Source of the DNA: Nitrosopumilus sp.
GTDB lineage: Archaea; Thermoproteota; Nitrososphaeria; Nitrososphaerales; Nitrosopumilaceae
Assembly: GCA_965214775.1 (NCBI GenBank)
Contig: OZ243974.1
Coordinates: 736,001 to 800,000, forward strand
Reading direction: 5' to 3'
Length of the DNA: 64,000 bases
Below the pieces are notes generated by a model, which saw only the letters and a list, made by a program, of their open reading frames with translations, did no database searches and was not told the DNA's origin. How positions within the stretch are numbered: the first letter of the stretch is position 1; each line of letters starts with the position of its first letter. Made by a program: the position numbers and the translations under genes. Shown in pieces: positions 29,209 to 39,101 of this stretch.

Positions 29209-30104
29209 ACTGCATTATTGTTGGTGGGCTTGACGCCCTCGTGCCCATCAGCCCGAGAGTTGATTCGAAATTAGCAGATTCATCATGGATGAACAAATTT
29301 ACATCAAATCAATTAAAATGCTTGCAAACGACGGATTATCTGTGACATTATTTAACAAATGTATAAAAAAATCCGGGCATCTGCTTGGTTTTTAATTTAG
29401 AACCGCCTCTTCTCAGGCCTTATCCGGCTAGATCCGCTTATCTTATTTTAAATAAGATTCTCATATCAAATATTATGACGGAGAAAAAATAGTGTTTTAG
29501 AAATGGCAAAATGCGTTTGTGGACATCATGAGAAAGACCATAGCAACAACAATGATGATGATGGTTCCAACAATGAATCAAGAAATCAAAGTAAGCAGAA
29601 TTCTGATTCCAAGCCTAAAACTAACTGCAGCAAATGTTTTTGTCCGAGGTTTAAGAAGTCACCCTTTTTCTAACCTTCAAGCACCGATTTTAAACCAGCC
29701 AAGAAACAAGGTTGTTGCCTGGCCCGATTTTCTTATTTGGTTTATTTTTAGAACGGCAATACGAAGATTCCCTTTATTGTCTTTTTTGGAATTGTCCTTT
29801 TTTCTCAGTTTTGTGGCACCGTTCAGAGGAGGGTGGCCGATTACAACAGGCATGATTCTGGAATAACCCAGGCGATTCCCGATTGGATAAGAAGCAATGA
29901 TACATGGCAGTCCCCCATGAAATGTACGGCAAGGAGTTTGCAACGGATCTGACACTCTTGATTGAATCAGGAGTGCCGGGGTACGAAATATTTCAAAAAA
30001 ACCACAATTTGCAAAAGATGGGGCAGATTTTGGCGATATGTTGCGGTGGCCAGCCTGTGCCTTGATAGATTTTTAATCAATCAACTTCCCTCATTTTGTA
30101 ACCT

Positions 30105-30686
30105 ATGATAGTCGTAATCGAAGGCGGAGACCAGGCAGGAAAGCTAACCCAGTCCACAATGCTTGAAAAAGCCTTGAAAAAAAGAAAAATCAAGACAAAA
30201 CTATTTCATTTTCCTGATTACGAAACCCCAATTGGAAAAGAGATCAGAAGATATCTTGATGGCAAACGAAAATTTCCACCACAGGTAATTCACTGTCTTT
30301 TGGCAGCCAATAGGTGGGAAAAATTGCATGAGATTGTCTCTGCTCAAGAAAAAAACTCTGTTTTAATCATGAACAGATACTATCATTCCAATCTTGTCTA
30401 TGGAATTGCAAACGGAATGAAACCAAAATGGCTTGAAAGTTTGGACGAGGGACTTCCAAAGGCAGATTTGGTTATTTTGCTTGATGTTTCCCAAAAAGAA
30501 TCGTTTCGAAGACAGAAAACCAACCGAGACAGGTTTGAAAAGAATGGGGAATTTTTGAGAAAAATTTCAAATATTTATCGCAAGGTTGCAAAGAAAAAAC
30601 GATGGAATGTTATCGATGCTGCAAAGACAAAAGACAAGGTTCATGAGGAAATTCTAAGAATATTCTACAGGAAAACAGGATTATGA
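30105..30686 (+). CDS. tmk: Thymidylate kinase
   Basis: IEGGDQAGKLTQ, FPDY.TPIG, NRYYHS and LPKADLVILLD motifs. Confidence 0.93.
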   Translation: MIVVIEGGDQAGKLTQSTMLEKALKKRKIKTKLFHFPDYETPIGKEIRRYLDGKRKFPPQVIHCLLAANRWEKLHEIVSAQEKNSVLIMNRYYHSNLVYGIANGMKPKWLESLDEGLPKADLVILLDVSQKESFRRQKTNRDRFEKNGEFLRKISNIYRKVAKKKRWNVIDAAKTKDKVHEEILRIFYRKTGL

Positions 30687-31921
30687 AAAGAAGCTATCTT
30701 GACATAATTGATCCCATACATGATTTCATCAGGGTACGTGACTGTGAACTTCCCGTAATTGAAAGTCCAATTTTTCAGCGATTAAGAAGAATCAGACAGC
30801 TTTCAGTAGCGCATCTGACATATCCATCGGCACAGCACACAAGATTTGAACATTCGCTGGGAGTAATGCACATCGCAAGCCAGGCAGGCCTTGCCCTAAA
30901 TGAAAAAGGATATCTGAATTCGGATGATGTTCAAGTTCTGCGGCTATCAGCCCTGCTACACGACATTGGCCATGGGCCTTTTTCCCATATTTTTGAAGAA
31001 ATCATCCAAGGAAAAAAAGTTTCTCACGAAGATTATGGCAAAAAGATTATTCTGCAGTCCGATATCGGAGACATCCTATCCAGGACGGGATTTGACAAAA
31101 AGATTGTAGCAAAAATTTCATCTGGCGAATCCAAAGTCCAATACGTCAACGAAATTGTTTCAGGCGTGTTAAGCGCAGACATGATGGATTACCTTCTCAG
31201 AGACGGATACTTTACCGGGGCAGAACATGCCAGAATAGATCATAAAAGAATCACACAGTCATTTGATGTTCATAAGAAAAAATTGGCGCTAGAGCGCTCA
31301 GCAATTTACTCGTTTGAATCCATGATGCATTCAAGGTATCAAATGTTCAGGGCAGTGTATTTGCATAAAACTGTGAGAGCCGCCGAAGTAATGCTGCTTG
31401 AAGCCCTAAGGTCGTCTGATGATGAGTTTGGTTTTTCTGATTTTAATTTAGATGAACTTGTGAAACTTACTGATGAATACGTGCTGTCGTCTCTGATTTC
31501 TTCCAAATCATCAAAATTAAAACGTGCCAGGGAATTTGCGACAGATTATCAAAATCGCAGGCTGCTCAAATGCGTATATGAGAGAATTTTGTCTGGCAGT
31601 CCCAGCAATTTGAAAAATAATCGCATAGATGAAATTCGGGGCCAAATATCAAAAAAATCCAAAGTCAGTGAAAGTGAAATCTTTGTAGACGGTTCAGTTA
31701 CCCCTTCAATCCCGTTGGCACCTTCAAAAAACGAGTCAAAATCCATTCTTCTTGTAACCAATAAAAATGGCAGGCCCGAGGTTCAGGAAATGCCAATCTC
31801 CGAAATTCCCGTGGTTTCGGCAATTTCCGGGTTTATGAACATACTTCGGGTCTATACCCGTCAGAAAAATAGAAAAAAAGTTGAAATTGCCGCAAAATCG
31901 ATACTTGATGAGTTAAAGTGA
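30683..31921 (+). CDS. HD-domain phosphohydrolase (SAMHD1/dNTPase-like)
   Basis: [40 protein letters not shown] and VYLHK motifs. Confidence 0.92.
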   Translation: MKRSYLDIIDPIHDFIRVRDCELPVIESPIFQRLRRIRQLSVAHLTYPSAQHTRFEHSLGVMHIASQAGLALNEKGYLNSDDVQVLRLSALLHDIGHGPFSHIFEEIIQGKKVSHEDYGKKIILQSDIGDILSRTGFDKKIVAKISSGESKVQYVNEIVSGVLSADMMDYLLRDGYFTGAEHARIDHKRITQSFDVHKKKLALERSAIYSFESMMHSRYQMFRAVYLHKTVRAAEVMLLEALRSSDDEFGFSDFNLDELVKLTDEYVLSSLISSKSSKLKRAREFATDYQNRRLLKCVYERILSGSPSNLKNNRIDEIRGQISKKSKVSESEIFVDGSVTPSIPLAPSKNESKSILLVTNKNGRPEVQEMPISEIPVVSAISGFMNILRVYTRQKNRKKVEIAAKSILDELK

Positions 31922-32601
31922 AAAAACGAATCGTGATCAAGCTGTCTGGAAGGGTTTTTGGAATTGATAACGTCAAGGTTCTAAAGGACTATGCGCAATT
32001 TTTGGTAAAAATCAGCAAGGTTTGTCAGCCAATCGTGATTGCCGGCGGAGGAAGCATTGCACGGCACTATATTTCACATGCCCGCTCGTCAGGCGCAGAC
32101 GAATCCACTTTGGACGAACTGGGAATTGAGATCTCCAGGCTTAATGCAAAATTGCTAATCTATGCTCTAAAAAACAAGGCATATGCACATCCTCCAACCA
32201 CTCTGCAAGAAGCCAGACATGCAGTTGATGACGGATTGATTGTGGTGGCAGGCGGATTGCATCCGGGACAGAGTACCAACGGCACTGCTGCCCTGATTGC
32301 TGAAAAAGTAAAAGCCGAGCAGTTTCTTAACGCGACTGACGTTGATGGTGTTTATGACATGGATCCCAGAAAATTCAAGAGTGCCAAAAAATTCAAACGG
32401 ATTGATCTGAAAAATCTCAGGAATATGCTAGTCCAGAAGGACTCAGTTGCAGGCAGTTATGATCTAATGGATATTGTCGCCCTAAAAATTATTGAACGCT
32501 CAAAAATCAAGACTAGAATTCTAAAGGCAAGTCCAGGCATTATTGAAAAAGCAATCAAGGGAGGCGGCGTAGGAACAGAAATCATCCTGCCTTCAAAATA
32601 A
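31918..32601 (+). CDS. pyrH: Uridylate kinase
   Basis: [27 protein letters not shown] and GT motifs. Confidence 0.93.
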   Translation: MKKRIVIKLSGRVFGIDNVKVLKDYAQFLVKISKVCQPIVIAGGGSIARHYISHARSSGADESTLDELGIEISRLNAKLLIYALKNKAYAHPPTTLQEARHAVDDGLIVVAGGLHPGQSTNGTAALIAEKVKAEQFLNATDVDGVYDMDPRKFKSAKKFKRIDLKNLRNMLVQKDSVAGSYDLMDIVALKIIERSKIKTRILKASPGIIEKAIKGGGVGTEIILPSK

Positions 32602-32607
32602 TAGCAT

Positions 32608-32910
32608 TCATGAACCCTCGTTTTGAATTGCAGGCCTTGATTCAGACCAAATCTGGATTTCCTTTCCAGGATATTCATCCATGCCCGAATCCCGCAATTT
32701 TTTGAAGATTGACAGCGCCTCTTCTTTTTCTACGGCCTTTGATTGCGCTTTGGTGAAACCGTCATTATCTACTATGATTGCAACATATCCATCAGGAGAG
32801 TTTATCACTGCTGCCAGCTCTTCTTCTCCAACCGGCTGAAAGCCTCCATCAATCTTTTTTGTAGTCAGGGTCAGCATTGCAAATCCTGCCAGATCAAACA
32901 TTTTCATTTG
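32608..32910 (-). CDS. Hypothetical protein
   Basis: 3' part of ORF 32608-33123 (KMFDLAGFAML...). The upstream part overlaps the divergent gene, so the start is uncertain. Confidence 0.55.
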   Translation of the reverse strand, partial: QMKMFDLAGFAMLTLTTKKIDGGFQPVGEEELAAVINSPDGYVAIIVDNDGFTKAQSKAVEKEEALSIFKKLRDSGMDEYPGKEIQIWSESRPAIQNEGS

Positions 32911-33031
32911 TGATTTTGCAGCGCGCTGTTTTCCTTTCTGAACAGCTTGAAAATATTGCATGTTTTTTTGAATCTGACACGGTATAATAACCATCTCAAC
33001 ATTTAAGACATCTAGGGACGGGGCTAGAGTA

Positions 33032-33595
33032 TTGAATCCCAGGATTTTTGTCGGAGCCGCAGTTGCAGCACTAGCGGTAATTCTTGGGGGAATTCTGGTG
33101 GCCGGACCGTCGATAACCATCATCGAAGATCAGGCCGGATCTGCGGACGTTCAGAGCGCCATTCCCCAAGTGGCAGATCCCCTTCAGATAGAATTAGACG
33201 ATATTTCCGTGACAAAAATCTCAGAACGGACAGCTACCATAGAAATAGCGTTTAAAATTTCAAATCCAAACCAGCGTTCCATGATAGTCCAAGTAATGGA
33301 TTACCAGTTGTTTGAGACCGGCTATTCGGAGACCGAGCAGATTTCTGGCGGACAGATCGGAAATCGCCCTGAAGGAATGGTTGAATTTGGATCAAATTAC
33401 TATACCCTGCTTGGCGAAAATTCAATTATCCTGAGAGACAAAATCTCTCTGAAAAACTCCGGGAACACTCCTGAGCTGTGGTCTGCCTTGGAAAGCAATA
33501 CTGCCTTGTGGAAAGTTTCCGGGAACGTCTTTTACAACTTGAGTTCTATGACAAGCGGGCAAGAAAACGAATTACACTTTGAATTCACAAGATAG
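33032..33595 (+). CDS. Membrane-anchored LEA_2/WHy-like protein
   Basis: N-terminal TM helix; F.ISNPN motif; beta-rich. Confidence 0.65.
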   Translation: MNPRIFVGAAVAALAVILGGILVAGPSITIIEDQAGSADVQSAIPQVADPLQIELDDISVTKISERTATIEIAFKISNPNQRSMIVQVMDYQLFETGYSETEQISGGQIGNRPEGMVEFGSNYYTLLGENSIILRDKISLKNSGNTPELWSALESNTALWKVSGNVFYNLSSMTSGQENELHFEFTR

Positions 33596-33660
33596 ACAGA
33601 TTGTATCATAAAATTTGAATATTGTGATATTTTGTTTTTAGGGAAGAATTATTGGCAAAG

Positions 33661-33668
33661 TTATAAAA
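33661..33668 (+). promoter_or_regulatory. TATA box for the 36-aa gene
   Basis: TTATAAAA preceded by purine-rich GGCAAAG, 25 nt before ATG 33693. Confidence 0.55.
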
Positions 33669-33692
33669 GCACGTTTCGTGGGATTTTATCAA

Positions 33693-33803
33693 ATGGCAGA
33701 AGCAAGCATGGCCGCATATGGCGCAGCAGCTGGAGTTGCAATTGCATTGGCAGTAGTAACCTTTGCATTACGTGGTAAGGGACATCCGGAACCACTAGAC
33801 TAA
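33693..33803 (+). CDS. 36-aa single-TM micro-protein (not in ORF track)
   Basis: MAEASMAAYGAAAGVAIALAVVTFALRGKGHPEPLD; own TATA box and a T-rich stretch downstream. Confidence 0.7.
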   Translation: MAEASMAAYGAAAGVAIALAVVTFALRGKGHPEPLD

Positions 33804-33848
33804 AAAGGAATTTTCCTTTACAATAATATTTTTCATTTTGCTAAGCGG

Positions 33849-34496
33849 CTAGTCTTTCTTGCCCAAACCCAGCATTTCTGCCAGGGAGACCTGTTTGGTG
33901 TTTGTCTTTTTTGTGTAGCATCTCTCATAGTATTGGCACTCTGAGCACTCTGAAGACGGTTCAATGATCGGGGCCTTCTGCTCTTTTAGAAGATTGTTCA
34001 ATACCCTGACTCTTCGGATAATCTCCTCAAACATCTTTTTGTTTCTGACAAGTGAGAATGTTGTCTCTTTTCTGTCTCCGGTAATGTAGATAATCATGCC
34101 ATCTGACTTGTCATAAATCCAGAGGCACGCATTAAGATATAAGATGTCGTTTGCCATTGGGTTCTCCAGCTCGTCATTTGCTGATCTAAACAAGAGGATT
34201 GAATCATCAACGATCATGTCTGCCTGGGCTTTCACTTGGATGTCTTCAAGGGCAAATTCTTTTGGCTCGCTGCCATACTGCAGCTTTCTTAGCAGTCCTG
34301 AAAGCAGTTCATTAAACCCCCTTCTCTCTATTTTTTTTGGATCAATTCTGTCATAATAGGAACGCCTTAGACATCGAACAACTTCCTGCAGGTGGATTTT
34401 TTGAATGTTCTCCGAGTCAATTTCTATGTCAAGTTCTTTGCCAATTGAATCAAGCGAACTCTGAATAACTGCTCGAAAATCCCTGTCTCCCATCAT
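33849..34496 (-). CDS. Solo Cas4-like Fe-S / PD-(D/E)XK-fold protein
   Basis: VRCLRRSYY and C-terminal CSECQYYERC (four-Cys pattern); nuclease motif degenerate. Confidence 0.7.
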   Translation of the reverse strand: MMGDRDFRAVIQSSLDSIGKELDIEIDSENIQKIHLQEVVRCLRRSYYDRIDPKKIERRGFNELLSGLLRKLQYGSEPKEFALEDIQVKAQADMIVDDSILLFRSANDELENPMANDILYLNACLWIYDKSDGMIIYITGDRKETTFSLVRNKKMFEEIIRRVRVLNNLLKEQKAPIIEPSSECSECQYYERCYTKKTNTKQVSLAEMLGLGKKD

Positions 34497-34543
34497 GATA
34501 TTTTACCTTCCTTCTTGGTCTACTCCTCCCCCTCCTCTTATGT

Positions 34544-34780
34544 TTAACTCATTATTTGGGTCAAAAATTTCGAAATTTTGCCTGCAAAGGCCAATGTGAA
34601 AAAATGCACCCCAAATCCAAGAACTGCCCCTGCAACCAGATTTCCCGTCCCAAGATAGATGCCCAGGAAGATTCCAAGCGGAGGCAGGGAGAAGATCATG
34701 GCCATAAAGGCGCTAACCCAAATTGTATTGACTAGAACTTCAGTCGGAATGCCGTTCTTTTTCCTGGGAAATCTTATCAT
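34544..34780 (-). CDS. Small membrane protein
   Basis: 78 aa with two hydrophobic segments; follows atpC. Confidence 0.65.
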   Translation of the reverse strand: MIRFPRKKNGIPTEVLVNTIWVSAFMAMIFSLPPLGIFLGIYLGTGNLVAGAVLGFGVHFFTLAFAGKISKFLTQIMS

Positions 34781-34787
34781 TTTGAGA

Positions 34788-35819
34788 TTATTCTTCCAAA
34801 ATTATTTTTGACATCGTAGTTTCAGTCGGAATCTTTTGTTCAACTGCATAGGCAATTGCCGCCATGTTTCTGACTTCAAACGCCGTTAGTTTTGTGATGC
34901 CGATGATTGTTGCAAAGCTGAACATCCTTGTAAACGCTCTTGCTGAAGAATGATACAATGACATTTCAAACGCCCTCTCAAACTCGGCGACTGCGTCTAA
35001 TTCATTTTCCACCTCCGGAATCAGAGATTTGTATTTCGTGTTAGACAGTTCAGCAAAAGCATCTCTGACTGATGCGGCTGACATCATTCTTCCAAGAAGC
35101 TCCCTTGGCACAGATGGCGTTTGCGTAACAATCAAGTCCTCAATCTGCGAATCGTCCAGTCCCCAAAACTTGCCTCTGATTACGCTTAGAAGGTTGTAAA
35201 AGTCTACATCGGCCCCGACTAGTTTCATTACATCCCTGTCCCTGGTATTTTTCAGGGCACGGCCTAGCTGCTGGTATAGTATTTTGTCAAAATATATGTC
35301 AAAAACTTGAATGTTCTTCTTTTCGCCGTATAACGCAGCTGCTTTGGAAATCTCTTCTCCAAATTGTACAGAGTTTAGGCTTGCAACAGTCTCTTCAAGA
35401 TCTTTTGAGACCAGGGCCTTGATGATAACGTCTCGTTGTTTAACCAGTTCCTCGGCGCGTAAATTGATATGGGTTTCAATCTCTTTCTGGGATTTTCCAA
35501 GTACCTTGCCCTTGAGAATTTGCTTAAGATTTGAGATGATAAACTTCATGTAATATGCATCCAGTATGTCAGAGTCCCCCGCAGTCTTTGCAATTGAATA
35601 GTGAACGCCTGCCAAGTGGCCTCTAAGTGCAGATTCTATGCCTTGGGAGGTGTATGGTTTTTGGACATCTGCAACAGCGTGGCCATAGACGGTATTTTTG
35701 ATTCTAGTCATCAATTCCTCAAGATCCCTTGATTCTGCCAAAGTCTGAAAATCAGCCTTTTTTAGCAGTTTTCCTCTCTGACTGTACGACTTTACAGATG
35801 CATAGACGTTTTTGCCCAT
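34788..35819 (-). CDS. atpC: A-type ATP synthase subunit C
   Basis: 343 aa; LL...DF..LAE, NLKQILKGK, DFYNLLSVIRGK and FEVRNMAAI (V0D/AC39 pattern). Confidence 0.88.
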   Translation of the reverse strand: MGKNVYASVKSYSQRGKLLKKADFQTLAESRDLEELMTRIKNTVYGHAVADVQKPYTSQGIESALRGHLAGVHYSIAKTAGDSDILDAYYMKFIISNLKQILKGKVLGKSQKEIETHINLRAEELVKQRDVIIKALVSKDLEETVASLNSVQFGEEISKAAALYGEKKNIQVFDIYFDKILYQQLGRALKNTRDRDVMKLVGADVDFYNLLSVIRGKFWGLDDSQIEDLIVTQTPSVPRELLGRMMSAASVRDAFAELSNTKYKSLIPEVENELDAVAEFERAFEMSLYHSSARAFTRMFSFATIIGITKLTAFEVRNMAAIAYAVEQKIPTETTMSKIILEE

Positions 35820-35867
35820 TTAAAAAATCTCCAATGAGCAACGGATTTTAATGTTTGGCGACAGCCG

Positions 35868-36545
35868 CTATCTCTCAGAAGTTATCTCATTTAGGAATCT
35901 CAGGGCATCATCTTTGTCCTGTTTTGATAGTTTTGTAAACGCTTCTAGGATCTCTTTTTGAATGATTAGTGACTCGTCAGAAATTTCTTTTAATTTTGAC
36001 AGGTCAAACGGGAGTAGTTCCTCGAATTTGTTGTCACAAAACGCCTTTACGTATTTTTGAAAGATCAAATGTGTGAAATTTGGGCTGGTCTTCATCAGAT
36101 TTGACAGGATTTTCTCGAATTCTTTTTCTGATGATTCGGACTGTGAGAAAAACATCTTCAACAACTCTTCTTTGTTTTTTACGTCCCTGATTGACAAAGC
36201 GATCAGAATTCCCTTCTTTGTTAAATGATAAAATGGGATTCCCTTTTCTTGAAGTGCCTTTGGTCCTCGTTTCAATGGCAGCCTTCCATCCTCCTCTGCT
36301 ATCTCCATGGGAAGAAGAATTTCGTCTAGATCTCTGAAAATTCCCGAGTAGATATTCTTCCAAGTTATTCCGTGTTTTTTGGCAATCTTTTGGGAGATCC
36401 CCGTTCTGGTTCTTTCGGCGGGGTTGGCACTATTTGCAAGGATCGTAATAATTGCCCTTTGCCTGTTGGCTTCTCCTGTAAGGTACCCGTATTTTGTCTT
36501 GAAGGTATCAAAAACTGCCAGTCTCGAACTGGATTTGACTTTCAT
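35868..36545 (-). CDS. Putative winged-helix transcriptional regulator, divergent from amt
   Basis: TRTGISQKIA...IFRDLDEILLP...YHLTKKG wHTH pattern. Confidence 0.6.
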   Translation of the reverse strand: MKVKSSSRLAVFDTFKTKYGYLTGEANRQRAIITILANSANPAERTRTGISQKIAKKHGITWKNIYSGIFRDLDEILLPMEIAEEDGRLPLKRGPKALQEKGIPFYHLTKKGILIALSIRDVKNKEELLKMFFSQSESSEKEFEKILSNLMKTSPNFTHLIFQKYVKAFCDNKFEELLPFDLSKLKEISDESLIIQKEILEAFTKLSKQDKDDALRFLNEITSER

Positions 36546-36635
36546 GCGATCACCATATCATAATTTCTCATTTCTATGTTACTATCAGATTATACTAAAA
36601 TATAACAATTTACATTTTTAGTAGTTTTTCAGCCT

Positions 36636-36649
36636 CGAAACCTTAAATA
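36636..36649 (+). promoter_or_regulatory. BRE/TATA of amt
   Basis: cgaaaCCTTAAATA about 25 nt upstream of ATG 36672. Confidence 0.55.
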
Positions 36650-36671
36650 ATTTTCAATTTCGATAAATTTA

Positions 36672-38237
36672 ATGAATTCTAGGAACCACAAGTATGCTCT
36701 ATTACTTGTGGCCGCAGTAGCCATTACAGCAACTGGTGCTATGTCTCAGGCATATGCACAACAAGTTACTGACGGAATGGACGGATACAATGAACACGGA
36801 ATTTACACGGGCAACCCCAACGAATGTTGGGTTGGTAACGATGCAGATGGGTTCTTACCATGTTACATCGATACTGGCGATACTGCCTGGATGTTAACTG
36901 CAACTTCATTGGTACTTTTCATGAGCCCTGGTGTAGGATTCTTCTACGGCGGACTGGCACGTTCAAAGAACGTCACAAACGTTCTCGGAATGACCCTGAT
37001 TGTTATGGGTTTGATGGCAGTTCAGTGGGTGCTATGGGGATACTCTCTAGCATTTGCTCCAAACGCTGACGAAGGAGCTAACATGTTCATGGGAAGCCTT
37101 GATTATGCAGGATTTAACATGGTCTCCAATTATGCACCTCTTGGTGCTCCAACAGCTTGTGACGGCGACATTTGGTCAAATGCGTATCAAATGCAGCAGT
37201 TCAAGGCCGAGGAAGCATGTGGTGATAGTTGGCCCAGTACAGTTCCACACTCTATGTTCGCAGCATTCCAAGGTACTTTTGCAATCATTACCCCGATTCT
37301 AATTATTGGCGGTCTGATTGACAGAATCAAGTTCAGTGCACTGGTAATCTTTGTTCTCCTATGGGGTACATTCGTTTATGACCCCGTTGCCCACTGGGTA
37401 TGGGGAGGCGGATTCATCGGTGGCGGTGGAATCGATCTCGATCCAGAAATCGAAGAAGCCTCGTTTGCACTAGACTTTGCTGGCGGTACTGTAGTACACA
37501 TTACTTCAGGATTCTCTGCATTGGCAGCAGCCATGATTCTTGGCAGAAGACTCGGATATGGCAAAGTTCCAATGGAGCCACACAACGTTCCAATGGTTGT
37601 TCTCGGAGCAGCTATTCTATGGTTTGGTTGGTTTGGTTTCAACGCAGGAAGTGAGGTAATGGTTGACGGTATTACTGTCAGCGCCTGGGTTGTTACAAAT
37701 ACAGCTACAGGCATGGCCGTAATTACTTGGGTACTAATGTCCTGGGCACATACTGGCAAACCAAGCATTGTTGGTGCTGCAACAGGTGCAGTAGCCGGAT
37801 TGGTCGCAATCACACCAGCTTCTGGTTGGGTTGGTCCAATGGCAGCTATTATCATCGGCATTGCGGCAGGAACAGTCTGCTATGGTTCAGTAGCATTCAA
37901 GAATGCAAGAAAGTGGGATGACGCACTCGATGTATGGGGAGTACACGGAATGGGCGGTTTCACCGGTGCAGTTTTGACTGGTACTTTAGCAAGTCCTCAC
38001 ATCTGGGATACAGGTGATGGCTGGGGAGCATGGACTGGCACACCACAAGGATACGAACAACAAGCAATCAGTATCATTGGGGCAGTAATCTCAATTGCAT
38101 ATGCTTTCAGCATTACAATTGTAATCCTCAAAGTGATGGACGCAGTATGGCCTGGCGGAATCAGAGTCACTCCAAAAGAAGAGGAGATTGGTCTTGATTT
38201 GGCCCAACACGGCGAAAGAGCATACGTAAACGAATAG
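36672..38237 (+). CDS. amt: Ammonium transporter (Amt)
   Basis: GDTAWML, FFYGGL, DFAGGTVVH, LWFGWFGFNAGS, GLVAITP, DDALDVWGVHG and EEIGLD...HGERAY motifs. Confidence 0.97.
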   Translation: MNSRNHKYALLLVAAVAITATGAMSQAYAQQVTDGMDGYNEHGIYTGNPNECWVGNDADGFLPCYIDTGDTAWMLTATSLVLFMSPGVGFFYGGLARSKNVTNVLGMTLIVMGLMAVQWVLWGYSLAFAPNADEGANMFMGSLDYAGFNMVSNYAPLGAPTACDGDIWSNAYQMQQFKAEEACGDSWPSTVPHSMFAAFQGTFAIITPILIIGGLIDRIKFSALVIFVLLWGTFVYDPVAHWVWGGGFIGGGGIDLDPEIEEASFALDFAGGTVVHITSGFSALAAAMILGRRLGYGKVPMEPHNVPMVVLGAAILWFGWFGFNAGSEVMVDGITVSAWVVTNTATGMAVITWVLMSWAHTGKPSIVGAATGAVAGLVAITPASGWVGPMAAIIIGIAAGTVCYGSVAFKNARKWDDALDVWGVHGMGGFTGAVLTGTLASPHIWDTGDGWGAWTGTPQGYEQQAISIIGAVISIAYAFSITIVILKVMDAVWPGGIRVTPKEEEIGLDLAQHGERAYVNE

Positions 38238-38240
38238 GAA

Positions 38241-38268
38241 ATTCCTTTTCTTTTTCCTCTTTTTATTA
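38241..38268 (+). terminator. Pyrimidine-rich (oligo-T) archaeal terminator after amt
   Basis: ttccttttctttttcctcttttttatt directly after the stop codon. Confidence 0.5.
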
Positions 38269-38310
38269 TCCAATGCAAATCAATTTAGAGTTGATCGTTT
38301 CATCCAAATC

Positions 38311-39087
38311 ATGCTAGTCTCTGCAGATGAACTAAATTCGATTCTAGGTGATCCGAATCTGATCGTTGCAGATACCCGCTCATTCAAGGAGTATTCTGAG
38401 GGGCATATTCCAGGAGCTGTCCACCTTGATCTCTTTGCATTTCATTGGATTGATACATCCAGAGAGGGAATTGAGGGTTTCAACAGGCAAACGCAAAACC
38501 TTCTTTCAATTTTAGGAGTCACCTTGGAAAAAAAGGTAGTCTTTTATGACTCGGTTTCCGGAATGCTGGCTGCCAGAGGAGTTTGGATGTTGATGTATTT
38601 TTCACACCAAGATGTCGCAATGCTGGATGGCGGGATTTCAAGATGGCAAAGTGAAAATCTGCCAACCGAGAGAAAACCAAATCGATTCAAACCGTCAGAT
38701 TTTACCGGAACTGCAAATCCAGAAATCATAGCGGGATTTGAGCACATTCGAGACAACCTGGATTCACTAAAAATCCTGGATGCTCGTTCTCCAGGCGAAT
38801 ATGACGGCAGCACGGCAAGGGCCGCCCGGCCGGGCCACATCCCGAATTCTTTTAACATCGATTGGAGCCAAAACCTCAAAGAGGATGGGACCTTCAAAAG
38901 TGACGAGGAATTGTCAAAAATGTATGTCTTTTCCAAGGATGCGCCGGTTGTCACTTATTGTCAAGGGGCATACAGGGCGGCAAACTCTTTTTTGATTCTC
39001 AAAAAACTCGGCTTTGAAAATGTCAAGGTCTATCTGGGTTCTTGGGGCGAATGGGGAAACAGATTAGATCTTCCTGTTGAAAACTGA
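38311..39087 (+). CDS. Two-domain rhodanese / sulfurtransferase
   Basis: GHIPGA, LDGG, LDARS..EY, YCQGAYRA and YLGSWGEW motifs. Confidence 0.92.
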   Translation: MLVSADELNSILGDPNLIVADTRSFKEYSEGHIPGAVHLDLFAFHWIDTSREGIEGFNRQTQNLLSILGVTLEKKVVFYDSVSGMLAARGVWMLMYFSHQDVAMLDGGISRWQSENLPTERKPNRFKPSDFTGTANPEIIAGFEHIRDNLDSLKILDARSPGEYDGSTARAARPGHIPNSFNIDWSQNLKEDGTFKSDEELSKMYVFSKDAPVVTYCQGAYRAANSFLILKKLGFENVKVYLGSWGEWGNRLDLPVEN

Positions 39088-39101
39088 CTGGCTCTAAGAC
39101 A

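Noticed and set aside
29370-29460. Possible tRNA or structured ncRNA
   Set aside because: Moderately GC-rich, but no cloverleaf, T-loop or TPP-riboswitch core could be built.
29500-29960. ORFs 29519-29866 (+) and 29677-29955 (-)
   Set aside because: No recognisable motifs and they overlap each other; possibly a decayed gene, but not supportable.
33849-34496. CRISPR-Cas locus suggested by the Cas4-like gene
   Set aside because: No repeat-spacer array, cas1 or cas2 anywhere in the window; the dispersed repeats are TIR-bounded MITEs.
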